In this document: positions 10,474-20,070 of the stretch, one piece after another
Layout of the letters: every line of letters starts with the position of its first letter
Position numbering within the stretch: position 1 is the stretch's first letter
NCBI GenBank assembly: GCA_963666315.2
Contig: CAXXHG010000032.1
Coordinates: forward strand, 64,001 to 128,000
DNA from: Candidatus Binatia bacterium
Lineage (GTDB): Bacteria > Desulfobacterota > Binatia > Bin18
Direction: 5' to 3'
DNA length: 64,000 nt
Program-made: the position numbers and the translations under genes
Notes under the pieces: model-generated
The model's input: the letters and a program-made list of their open reading frames with translations, nothing else
Databases searched by the model: none
Told to the model about the DNA's origin: nothing

Positions 10474-10998
10474 ATGGTACCCTTGGTAACACTGCAGCCG
10501 TTTAAAAAATCACTTCTGAAGCTCTTGGCAGCTTGGCTCAAACAGCCCCATGTTGCTCGGTGGTTCCCGACCCCTGAGGAGGACTTGACGTGGGCGATGA
10601 ATCCCTCTGCTGGTAGATCTCAAGCCATTATCGCGAGTGGCGCGGCAGAAGTGGGATATCTTCGCTGGCAGCGTGTTGATCGAGACACCTTGGATTCTTT
10701 TGGCTTGCAGGAGATTCCTGCGAACTCAGTAGATGCTGACATTCTCCTTGGCGAGCAAGGAAGTGTTGGTAAGGGGATAGGCCCGTCTGCTTTGATGGCG
10801 CTCGCTCATAAGATTCGAGAGGAAGGCGACGTCCCCCTCATTGGCCTGACGACTGAACTTGAAAATACTCACGCCCATAGAGCATTTGAGAAGGCTGGCT
10901 TTCGCGTCACTCGCCAGTACGATACTGGCAAACCCGGTGTATATCGTCTCATGACCTTGGATCTTCGGGCTGCAAGGGTCGGCACAACAAAGATATGA
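10474..10998 (+). CDS. GNAT family N-acetyltransferase (AAC(6')/RimJ-like)
   Basis: WLKQPHVARW, GKGIG and N..AHRAFEKAGF motifs. Confidence 0.82.
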   Translation: MVPLVTLQPFKKSLLKLLAAWLKQPHVARWFPTPEEDLTWAMNPSAGRSQAIIASGAAEVGYLRWQRVDRDTLDSFGLQEIPANSVDADILLGEQGSVGKGIGPSALMALAHKIREEGDVPLIGLTTELENTHAHRAFEKAGFRVTRQYDTGKPGVYRLMTLDLRAARVGTTKI

Positions 10999-11007
10999 AA
11001 GACCTCA

Positions 11008-11617
11008 ATGTTAAAACTGTATCAATTTCCGATATCGCATTATTGCGAAAAAATTCGGTGGGTTCTTGCATTCAAGAATCTTAATCATGAAGTGAAGAAT
11101 CTGCTTCCCGGACTACACACATTGACAACGAAAAAATTGTCGCCGCTCACATCTGTGCCGATTTTGACACATGACGATAAGGTCATACAGGGATCTGACA
11201 AAATTATTTCCTATCTCGATGAAACATTCCCGGCTCTGAGGCTTATACCCCAAGAAGTACAAACAAGAGACGAAGCGTTGGAATGGGAAAAATATATAGA
11301 ATTGAAATAGGTATCCATGTACGCCGCTGTTGTTACCACATTCTTTTAAAATACCCGGATATCGTCATCCTATTTTTTACACACAATGGGCCTTGGTATG
11401 GAAAGCCTCTTTTGACTATTATGTTTCCTCAATTGAAAATAAAGATGCGGCGGCTCATGGATATTACTGATGAGTCGGCTAAGAACTCCTAAGAGCATCT
11501 GAGAATAGCAATTGATAGACTATATTCTCATTACCAAGAACATGAGTTTCTTGCTGGAAATCAATTCTCACGGGCTGACTTAGCTGCCGCAGCCTTACTT
11601 GTGCCGCTGTGTGTGCC
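11008..11617 (+). pseudogene. Glutathione S-transferase, frameshifted and truncated
   Basis: LYQFPISHYCEK, VP, GSDKI motifs; frameshift near 11300, TAA at 11490, then EFLAGNQFSRADLAAAALL. Confidence 0.85.
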
Positions 11618-12538
11618 GAAGAAACGATCATTCTGGATGAGCCTGATTCGCACCTACATCCGAATAACCAAAGGCTGCTGTGCAAACTACTTCAGGGTGT
11701 CGCTGAAGAGCGGGATACCCAAGTGTTTCTCACCACTCATTCCCGACATGTGGTCGACGCCCTCAGCGGTCAGGCTACATTCCTCTGGGTCCGGAATGGG
11801 ACTGTGGAGAAAATGGGGCACGATCATGACTTGGCGGTTTTGCTGGACATCGGTGCCCTCGATGTGAAGGAGATGCTGTCCCAGTCTCATGCAAAATGCA
11901 TTGTCCTTACTGAAGATGCGCTGAAGCGAGGGCTCGAGGTGCTTCTCGGTTCATCCGGTATTCCAATGGACGAGACACTAACTTTGGCCTACTACGGGTG
12001 CGCTGCACCTCACAATCTTCGCCCGCTACTAGAGCTTATTAGGGCTTCCAATCTCAAGGCCAAGATTGTCGTTCATAGGGACCGAGATTACCTGACAGAC
12101 GAAGAGGGTGCCGAATGGGAGACCGAGATTCGGAACATGGAGGCAGAACCATTTCTGACTCATGGTGTGGACATCGAGTCTCACTTCCTTTACGCGAACC
12201 ATCTGGCAGAGTTGAACGGAAAAACAGAAGGAGAGATGGATCAATTGCTCCAGCAAGCGACTGACGCCTGCCGCGATTTGTGAATAGAGAAGTATGTGAA
12301 CGGCAGAACCGACATCGCTAAGAAGGCGGGGACCTTTGGGATCTTGAACTTAGGTCAATTGGCGACCAAGAGACCTCAATTGGTTGATGAGAACTCTGAA
12401 CGATATCGGCATGCGAAGACGGTTATGAACACAGCACGCCAGCTGCACCAACAAGCCACTGGCACCAATCTGCGTGTTATCGAGCCATCATCTCATATCG
12501 AGGTGGAAGAGCTATTAACTCTAGCGAAGATGCTTTGA
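11609..12538 (+). pseudogene. OLD-family-like ABC ATPase + TOPRIM nuclease, C-terminal fragment
   Basis: Walker B/D-loop IILDEPDSHLHP, H-loop TTHS, TOPRIM-like LTED and HRDRD; Walker A half missing; in-frame TGA at 12281. Confidence 0.78.
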
Positions 12539-12712
12539 GACGGCGAATCAGGGGAGGTTGCCAGGAATTTTAGGTTTTCTTTGGCACTGAGAAAAGCCGC
12601 GAAGAAGGGATAGGGAGACGGCGCTATGCCCTTAAATACATCGGCAATGTCCCCTGTCCCTAGGTCACATGGGTCGCAACGGCCCTACATGTGCATCTCT
12701 ATCTTGCTACTA

Positions 12713-13530
12713 TTGCAATTATCCAAACTTGAGAAAGTTGATTTGAGAAAAGTCTGAAAGCATGAAGCGTTAGATTTTATGAATTGGCTTGCCATGCCAG
12801 AAAATCTTGAGTTGTTGAGTGATGAAATTGGGATAGATATTTCTCTTATCCAAACAGAAGCAAGCGTTGGCAATTTCAATGTCGATATTCTGACCGAAGA
12901 AGAAAACACTGGTAGAAAGATTGTCATCAAAAATCAACTGGAGGCGGCCGACCATGATCATCTAAGAAAAATAATCACATACGCATCAGGCTTTGATGCC
13001 GATATTATTGTCTGGATTGTTAAAAGTTTCCGTGACGAGCATAAACAAGCGGTCGATTGGCTTAACGAACATACGGATTCAAATATCAATATTTTTGCAA
13101 TACAAATGGAGGTCGGGAAAATTGCGAATTCGCCATATGCCCCTAAGTTTCATGTGATAGCTAGCTCAAATAATTGGGCAAAGGCTGTTAAAAAGATAAC
13201 AACCCAAAGCGATCTATCAGACACAAAAAGTTTACAGCCAGAGTTCTGGAATAAATTCAAAGAACACGTTCAGGACAATGGTGGGAAAATAAAATTAAGG
13301 AAGGCATATCCTCAGGGTTGGTACGATATCAGTTTTGGCTTTTCAAGCGCCCATATTGCCTTAACTGTCAATAGTCAATCCGAACAAATGGCATGTGAAG
13401 TATACATCGGAGATTCCAAGCAACTGTTTTCTTCCCTTTATGAACAAAAAGAGAAAATCGAAGATGAATTATCGGAGCAGTTAGTTTGCGAAGAATTGCC
13501 GGAAAAGAAAGCAAGCATAATCAAACTCAT
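12713..13530 (+). pseudogene. DUF4268-domain (restriction-endonuclease-like) protein
   Basis: LSKLEKVDLRKV*KHEALDF (TGA at a conserved W), IKNQL..DHDHL..ITYA; 3' end cut by the PhzF junction. Confidence 0.8.
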
Positions 13531-14267
13531 AATCTATAGCTACCCAACGGCCCACTTGCTCCACCGGTGGCTGGGTCTTCTTCGATACCAAGAATCGGAG
13601 CGAACATGCGGCTGTAGGCAGTGGCATTGTCGTTGGCTGTCTCCAATGAAAATGCAAAGACCGGCAGCTCCTGCAAATGTGAAGCGCGGCAGACCTCACG
13701 CAGAGCGGTTCTATCCAAAACGACCGCGTCGACCGCTGCTCGGGTAGTGAGCGGCACAAACAAAAAGGGGACACCTGAGGAGGCTTCTTGGACTGGCAGC
13801 TTAGAATCGCAGATATCTGCTTCCTCAACGCCGAGTGCCAGCGCAAGGCCCTTCATATCGGTCAGCGTTGCTCCAAACTCGGGCAGCCGCTGCACCATCC
13901 ATGCAAATACGAGCCGCTTCGATTCCCACTCCAGCCGTACCGGTACCGGACCGATACCTAATCCCAATGTGATCGTAGGACTCTCAGCCGCAATGCGCCC
14001 TTCGTGTGCAAGCGCAAAGGTAGTGCCGATCGTGGGATGGCCAGCCATGGGAAGCTCCGTGTGCGGGGTGAAAATTCTGATCCTAACATCAGTGCCGCCG
14101 GCTTCAGCCGGGAATACGAATGTGGTTTCAGAGAAAGCCATCTCTGGCGCAATACGCTGCATCAACTCCGATTCGAGACCCGTAGCGTCAGGAAATACAG
14201 CCAACTGGTTTCCAGAAAACGCAGTGTCGGTAAAAACGTCGAGATGTAGGTATCTGTATGAACGTAC
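13527..14267 (-). pseudogene. PhzF family (phenazine biosynthesis/DAP-epimerase-like) protein, truncated
   Basis: DVFTDTAFSGNQLAV, SETTF, ELPMAGHPT and EDPATG motifs; GTA where the start codon is expected; C-terminus lost. Confidence 0.88.
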
Positions 14268-14333
14268 GGGTGCTCTCCTGTAGGGAAGGAATCCTCTAAC
14301 GCCTGGAGAATGGTGGGACTATACGGAAAATTC

Positions 14334-14421
14334 TTGACCAAGGGCTTCTCTCATATTACACTAAGTCTTGTACACCCCGGTCACGCCTCTGCTTTGCACG
14401 CGTCCGGGGTACAGCTTTTTT
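14334..14421 (+). ncRNA. Candidate small RNA: sigma70-type promoter, hairpin, T-tract
   Basis: TTGACC-17-TACACT, then hairpin 14369-14413 followed by GCTTTTTT; no downstream + strand ORF. Confidence 0.4.
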
Positions 14422-14538
14422 AGGGCTGGAATTTTTCCCATCACCCCGCCGTACATACCCCGATTACCGTCGCTGTAAAGTCTCTTTGTACAGCTAACGT
14501 CGCCGGCACCCAAGCCGAGAGAACCCATCATTCCAAGC

Positions 14539-15699
14539 CTACAGAGTGAGCTGATAGAATCGCAGCGCGTTTTCGCCCAAGACTTTACGCTGATCTGCCA
14601 GTGGTAACGGTGCCAAGCGTTCTTTCATTTCTTTGGCCACCCCAAAAGAGGCATCAATGTGGGGATAATCCGATGCCCACACAAAATAATCGGCGCCCAT
14701 GTGAGCCACGATTTGGGCCGTCATGCTCTCATCCGGATCTGCCGACACAAGGCACTGCCGATAAAAGTATTCGCTTGGCTTGAATCTATTTGGCGACAGG
14801 TGCTGGGTGAATGCGCTCTTGTAATCCATCCGGTCCAGCCAGGCGGCTATCCAGGTGGCTCCAGCTTCAAGCACGACACATTTGAGACGCGGATACTTCT
14901 CAAACATGCCGAGAGTCAGCATCGAGGTAAAAGCCATCATGACATCAATGGAGAGAAACGTGTGGCCGAATAGTCCCAGCGGGCCTGGTCTGCCGTCCAA
15001 GCGGCGTGTCCACTCGTGAAACGTCGGCTGTTCACGCACGACGACATGAAAGGCAACCGGCATTTCCAGCTCTTGGACCGTTTCCCAGAAGCGGCTGAAG
15101 GCGGGATCGTCAAAGCGTTTGTCCTGGCGGGCGGCTAGATCCGGCGAGAGGTATACGCCGATACAGCCCGCCTTGCGAGCCTGTAGCGTTTCTTCTACTG
15201 CGCCGTCAGGGTCCAGCAATGAGATATGCGCAATCGGATACAGCCGCTTGGGGTTCTCTTGACAGAAGTCCACAATCCAGCGGTTGTACGCCCGCGCGTA
15301 AGCGCTGGCCAGTTGGGGGTCCTGGACCGAGCCTTCCCAAAAGATGCCGAGCGTGGGGTAGAGGAACACCATGTCGATGCCTTCCTCGTCCATGACTGTG
15401 AGTCGGGCTTTCGGGTCGTAACCGCCGGGCGGGCAGCCTTCCGCATAAGTCACCGCTCCGCGCGTATGGAGGCGCTTTGGGTCCATGCCGATCCCGCCGA
15501 TTGCGCCGAGATTCCCGCGCATCGAGGTGTTTTGGTAAGGCTTATTATCAATGATGAGATTCTCATGGCCTCTCTCATCGCACGCAATCCGCAGGGCACG
15601 CTCACGATACTGCGGATCAATATAAGTGGTATACATGTCGGCGGGCTCCAGGACGTGGCCATCCGCGTCGACCACTGGGCTGGGTTGGGTATTGGTCAT
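14539..15699 (-). CDS. Amidohydrolase_2 family metal-dependent hydrolase/decarboxylase
   Basis: VVDADGHVLEP, AFH, LEAG and WASDYPH motifs. Confidence 0.92.
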   Translation of the reverse strand: MTNTQPSPVVDADGHVLEPADMYTTYIDPQYRERALRIACDERGHENLIIDNKPYQNTSMRGNLGAIGGIGMDPKRLHTRGAVTYAEGCPPGGYDPKARLTVMDEEGIDMVFLYPTLGIFWEGSVQDPQLASAYARAYNRWIVDFCQENPKRLYPIAHISLLDPDGAVEETLQARKAGCIGVYLSPDLAARQDKRFDDPAFSRFWETVQELEMPVAFHVVVREQPTFHEWTRRLDGRPGPLGLFGHTFLSIDVMMAFTSMLTLGMFEKYPRLKCVVLEAGATWIAAWLDRMDYKSAFTQHLSPNRFKPSEYFYRQCLVSADPDESMTAQIVAHMGADYFVWASDYPHIDASFGVAKEMKERLAPLPLADQRKVLGENALRFYQLTL

Positions 15700-15921
15700 A
15701 GCATCCTCCTGTGTGTTCCTCGCCCCTGGCGAAGCGTTATCACCCCTGGCAAGGATTGGGGGAGCGGGGAAAGGGATATGTCTGGGCTGAGTCGGCTGAG
15801 TTGGCGCGCAGCCGAGATTCTTTCTTGATTTTTTGGTATGGCCATTGTGTCCAACTTGGCGCAGATGCGCAAGCTTCCTGCATTAAGGAGCTCGGGGGAG
15901 CTGGCAGCATAAGGAGGAGTC

Positions 15922-16374
15922 ATGACGAAGGAAGAGTTTTTTCGCGAGGCTGATACGACGACCAGGGGTCTTTTGGACGGGATGCTGGTGCTGGAGGCGT
16001 GTACGACCTATGCGGGACCCGTTGCCGCGGCCGAGCTTGCGGACCTGGGTGCCGAAGTGGGGGCCGCTTTCGCACAAAGTCGGCTACGATGTCGATGCGC
16101 AGGCCATGGGTGGGCTGATGTCGATTACCGGCCTCGCAGACGGGCTGCCGCTCAAAACGGGCAATGCGACTGCGGACCGGACAGGGACAGCATGTGGAGA
16201 TTGTGGCGGTGGGCAGCATTACGCACTACGGTGTTGCCCCCCAAGTTCGCCCGTACGCCCACGCGGATTCGTATTCCAGCGCCGCCGCTGGGACAGGACA
16301 ATGCTGAGGTGTACGGGAGCTTAGGGTGTAAGCAAGAGGCGTTGGAAGAGTGGCGACAGGAGGGGGTCATTTAG
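15922..16374 (+). pseudogene. CaiB/BaiF class III CoA-transferase collapsed by internal deletions
   Basis: N-terminus (LDGMLVLE..AGP..LADLGAEV), middle (GYD..AQAMGGLMSITG..PLKTG) and C-terminus (APPLGQDN..EGVI) joined in about 450 bp. Confidence 0.85.
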
Positions 16375-16394
16375 AGTAGCGAGTGATTTGCCGT

Positions 16395-16421
16395 ATGTCC
16401 AATCTGGATAATTTTGGACAT
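16395..16421. promoter_or_regulatory. Putative antitoxin operator
   Basis: ATGTCCAA-N11-TTGGACAT inverted repeat upstream of parD. Confidence 0.5.
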
Positions 16422-16457
16422 CTCATGATACTCTCAAGGTAATGGGAAGCGGGTATT

Positions 16458-16796
16458 ATGAACATTAATCTTGGGGATTTAGAAACCTACGTGCAGCAGA
16501 AAGTTGACAACGGCGGCTACAGTTCGACAGCGGAAGTGGTCCGCGAAGCGCTGCGTGGGATGCGTGAGCGGGAGGTCGAAGCACACGTCGTACAGCGGCT
16601 TGAGACGTATATCCTGAGAGGCATTGACCAGGGAGCACCCGATGGAATGAGTACTGAAGAATGGGATAAGCGACTCACGGCAACACGGGAGCGCATGCAC
16701 CATTTCATCATGCAAGGCGTGGAAGCTGCCGAACGCGGGGAACACATGACAGCTAAGGATAGTCGCGCGCGTCTTCAGAAACGACTCAAAGCATGA
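16458..16796 (+). CDS. parD: ParD-like RHH antitoxin (CC2985 family)
   Basis: MNINL..YVQQKVDNGGYSSTAEVVREALR. Confidence 0.85.
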   Translation: MNINLGDLETYVQQKVDNGGYSSTAEVVREALRGMREREVEAHVVQRLETYILRGIDQGAPDGMSTEEWDKRLTATRERMHHFIMQGVEAAERGEHMTAKDSRARLQKRLKA

Positions 16797-16866
16797 GTGC
16801 GCCCGGGGGCTATGTTCTTACCCCGCAGGCTCAAGCTGACATTGAAGCTATCGTTGATTATCTACC
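16793..16866 (+). pseudogene. parE: ParE/RelE toxin N-terminal remnant
   Basis: ATGA overlap with parD; MSAPGGYVLTPQAQADIEAIVDYL, then similarity is lost. Confidence 0.7.
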
Positions 16867-17000
16867 GGGAGCGCGTACCGCTTGAGATTGTCCGGGTCTG
16901 GAGTGCGCGGAAGGAGCCACGGAGCATGGAAACCTAGTATGGTTAGTATGGGTGGAAGCGCCGGATCACCCACCGAACTAAAATCGGGGAGCGTTGATTG

Positions 17001-17015
17001 TTCCCAAATTGGGAA
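17001..17015. promoter_or_regulatory. Putative HigA operator
   Basis: TTCCCA-AAT-TGGGAA palindrome just upstream of higB. Confidence 0.65.
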
Positions 17016-17032
17016 TCTTGCATGGTTGCGAG

Positions 17033-17335
17033 GCGCGCATTATTGCGAAGCGGACTTTGCGATTATTTTGGGAAGGAAATCCGCGCTATAGAGATGCCAA
17101 ACGGGCCCTGGAAGATTGGCATGCGCAGGTCGGTCGAGCTGACTGGGTCACTCCGGCTGAGATCAAAGCGGACTATGGCGATGCCAGCATCCTCAAGGGA
17201 AGCCGCGTGGTGTTTAATATCTGTGGGAATAAGTATCGCCTGGTGGTCCACGTCAACTATCCGTATCGGGTCGTGTATATTCGGTTCATCGGCACCCACA
17301 AGCAATACGATGCCATTGAGGTGGAGCGTGTATGA
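17033..17335 (+). CDS. higB: HigB mRNA interferase toxin; expected start codon reads GCG
   Basis: (A)RIIAKRTLR..W.TPAEIK..ASIL..RVVFNICGNKYRL..FIGTHKQYD. Confidence 0.85.
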   Translation, partial: ARIIAKRTLRLFWEGNPRYRDAKRALEDWHAQVGRADWVTPAEIKADYGDASILKGSRVVFNICGNKYRLVVHVNYPYRVVYIRFIGTHKQYDAIEVERV

Positions 17336-17742
17336 AAAACATCAAACCCATTCGGCCAATTCGAAATGAAGCAGATTACGATGCCGCGCTTGCAGATATC
17401 GAGCGTCTGATAGATGCGAAATTTGGTACGCGAGCAGGCGATAGACTGGATATTTTCGTGACGTTGGTTGAGGCGTATGAGGATAAACACTGGCAAATCG
17501 ATCCACCCGATCCTATCGAGGCGATCAAACTGCGCATGGCGCAGAGAGGGCTGACACGCCGGGACTTGGCGCACGTGTTGGGCAGCAAAAGCCGTGTCTC
17601 GGAGGTGCTCAGCCGAAAACGGCCCCTGACCCTTGCCATGATCCAACGCCTGCATAGGGAATGGGGCATTCCGGCTGAATCTCTCATTCGTCCTACGACA
17701 CGAGGTCCGCAACGTAAACGTCTTGCAACTCAAGCTGCCTAA
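17332..17742 (+). CDS. higA: HigA HTH antitoxin
   Basis: PIRNEADY..LVEAYE..PDPIEAIK..SRVSEVL..LTLAMI. Confidence 0.92.
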   Translation: MKNIKPIRPIRNEADYDAALADIERLIDAKFGTRAGDRLDIFVTLVEAYEDKHWQIDPPDPIEAIKLRMAQRGLTRRDLAHVLGSKSRVSEVLSRKRPLTLAMIQRLHREWGIPAESLIRPTTRGPQRKRLATQAA

Positions 17743-17763
17743 CGTGCCCTACGATGTAGTGTC

Positions 17764-17829
17764 GTAGGGTGGGTGGAAGCGTAGCGTCACCCGCCGAACA
17801 GAGGGTGGGTCTCAAAGGACCCACCCTAC
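17764..17829. repeat. GTAG-type REP doublet
   Basis: GTAGGGTGGGT...ACCCGCC and GGTGGGTC...GACCCACCCTAC between convergent genes. Confidence 0.75.
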
Positions 17830-17833
17830 CTTG

Positions 17834-18775
17834 CTACTGTGTATAGTGCAGCTTCAGCCCCGGTCGTGGCCAGTCCATGGCCACCAGCTTGCCCATGCTG
17901 GTCGGCGTAATATAGGCCGTTTGTAGGTCCGGTCCGCCAAAACAAATATTTGTCGTGAGTTGGTCAGGGGTAGGGATGTCCTCTACTGACGCGCCGTCAG
18001 GAGAAATGACAGTAATACCACCATTCATGAGGGTTGCGACACATACATTGCCGGCACTATCCACCGCCATGGAATCGAGCAGCTGGTAGCCGGGGAGTCC
18101 AGTTAACAGCTGTCCGCCCCCCGGTCCGGTCAGCAGGTGTCCGTCGTCGCCGCCCGCATGCGCAAATTCTCCTGGCCCGGACAGCTCCCACTGCCACACC
18201 CGTCCCTCGAAAGTCTGGGCCACATAGAGTGTGGTATCACCCGACGCGAGCCCAATGCCGTTGGGTCCGTCAATGGGAAACACCATCTCTTTAATCAGCG
18301 AGCCATCCGGTTGGGCGTAATACACGCCGCAGCGGTCTTTCTGACTCGTCTGGACCTTGCCAAAGTCGGTGAACCAAAACCCACCCACTGCATCGAACAC
18401 AATATCATTCGGCCCGCGCAGCTGACGGCCATTGCACTCGGTATACAGCGTTTCGACTTTGCCACTTGTGATATCAACACGCTGAATACTGCCACCGGTA
18501 TAGCCATCCGGCAGGCCATCTCCCGGTGTGAGTTCCCCATCGACTTCGATCCATCTGATTCCGCCGTTATTACACACATACATCATGCCATCTGGTCCAA
18601 CTGCGGCCCCGTTCGCCCCGCCGCCCGTCTCTGCGACGACTTCTTTTGATCCATCCGGCTGCACGCGTACCAGCCTGCCGCCTTGGAGTTCAGTGACGAT
18701 GACACTGCCATCATCCATAGCTACGGGACCTTCGGGATATTTGAGGCCTGTCGTGATTTCTCGTATTTGTGTCAT
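17834..18775 (-). CDS. SMP-30/gluconolactonase family protein
   Basis: YPEGP, PNDIVFD, PNGIGL, DSMAVD and TNICFGG motifs. Confidence 0.93.
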   Translation of the reverse strand: MTQIREITTGLKYPEGPVAMDDGSVIVTELQGGRLVRVQPDGSKEVVAETGGGANGAAVGPDGMMYVCNNGGIRWIEVDGELTPGDGLPDGYTGGSIQRVDITSGKVETLYTECNGRQLRGPNDIVFDAVGGFWFTDFGKVQTSQKDRCGVYYAQPDGSLIKEMVFPIDGPNGIGLASGDTTLYVAQTFEGRVWQWELSGPGEFAHAGGDDGHLLTGPGGGQLLTGLPGYQLLDSMAVDSAGNVCVATLMNGGITVISPDGASVEDIPTPDQLTTNICFGGPDLQTAYITPTSMGKLVAMDWPRPGLKLHYTQ

Positions 18776-20070
18776 TGTCGGTTCCCCACTTTTTGCACCA
18801 GGTCTATGCCGAACTGCTCGGCAGCATTCCCGCCCAGCATGCGGGCTGTACTCGTGTCGTCAACGTCGGCTTGGCTCAGGGTTTCAATGGCATCCCAGGC
18901 ACTGGTCGTATCTTGCTGCGGATAGCGTGAGCCCCAGACGACCTTATGGGCGAAGGTGTGCGGCAGTTTCCGGATCAATCGCTCCTCGGCATCGAAGCAG
19001 AGCAGCACGCGACCTTCCTCCCACATTTCTACCACATCGGTCCGCACCGGATAGTAGTGAACCGGAGGAATCGTCAGGGTGGACGCTTCCATCTTCTCCA
19101 GCACCTCTTCCATCCATGAAGCCTGGCCACCGGCCATTACCACCTTCAGGTTTGGATAGCGCTGCATGACCGTAAAACCGATCAAGGTTGCGGCCACGAA
19201 CATGTGATTATCCAGCCACGGGGACAGGATCGGAGCGACCGGATGCCCGATCGGTTGCAGGGCCGAAAACGTAAAATTCGCTCCAGTGCCCCCGCCCGCA
19301 AACGGGCCGCCGCCGGCTTCTCTGAGTAACGTGCGTTGATTCAGCCGTCGGTTGACTTTCTCAATAAATGGCGCGTGAGACGTCCACTCCGGGTTCCATA
19401 AGCCGGTTGCGGGATGGACGGCGAGCGTAAGATTGAGCCGTTCAACCTCGGCCCAGAATGGATCGTAGTAGGGCTGGGTATAGTAGCGACCCTCAATGAA
19501 CATGGGTCGCAGGAAAACGCCTCGAAAGCAGGGGATGGTGGCTATCCGCTGCAGCTCGGCCAGAGCATAATCCATGTTTTGCAAAGGAATCATGGCGGCG
19601 GCATACAAGCGGTCGGGCGCGGCTAGGCAGAAGTCGGCTATCCAGTTGTTATACGCCCGAGCCAGCGCGTAGGCGCTGTCCGGGTCTTTGACCAAAGGGA
19701 ATCCCTCGGCAAACCAGGTCGGGTAGAGCAAGGTCTGATCCACACCCATGGCGTCCATGTCCCGCAGCCGGGCGTGTGGGTCAGACGCCCCCTTAGTCAT
19801 GGCATGTCGGGTATCCGGGTCAAGCTCGCCGATCTGGTCACAGGTCATGCCCGGTTGCCAGATGGCATAGCGCGGGATATTGGGATTCACCTGATCGCGG
19901 TATGTCTCGCCATTGATCTTGAGGTAGGAGGCGTACCGGCCTTCCTCACGCCATAAGGAAAATTTTCCCAGCGTACGGTTTTCCGGCTCCAAATATTTCT
20001 CCCAGATCTCGGGCGACTCGACAATATGTGAGTTGGCATCAAAGACGGCAAAGCGCTTCTGGCCTGTCAT
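18772..20070 (-). CDS. Amidohydrolase_2-fold protein with degenerate metal-binding motifs
   Basis: DANSH, VVMAGG and WGSRYPQ in place of DxDxH, LEAG and SDYPH. Confidence 0.85.
   Translation of the reverse strand: MTGQKRFAVFDANSHIVESPEIWEKYLEPENRTLGKFSLWREEGRYASYLKINGETYRDQVNPNIPRYAIWQPGMTCDQIGELDPDTRHAMTKGASDPHARLRDMDAMGVDQTLLYPTWFAEGFPLVKDPDSAYALARAYNNWIADFCLAAPDRLYAAAMIPLQNMDYALAELQRIATIPCFRGVFLRPMFIEGRYYTQPYYDPFWAEVERLNLTLAVHPATGLWNPEWTSHAPFIEKVNRRLNQRTLLREAGGGPFAGGGTGANFTFSALQPIGHPVAPILSPWLDNHMFVAATLIGFTVMQRYPNLKVVMAGGQASWMEEVLEKMEASTLTIPPVHYYPVRTDVVEMWEEGRVLLCFDAEERLIRKLPHTFAHKVVWGSRYPQQDTTSAWDAIETLSQADVDDTSTARMLGGNAAEQFGIDLVQKVGNRQ

Noticed and set aside
13531-13747. C-terminal extension of the DUF4268 ORF as a novel domain
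   Set aside because: It is antisense read-through into the PhzF remnant.
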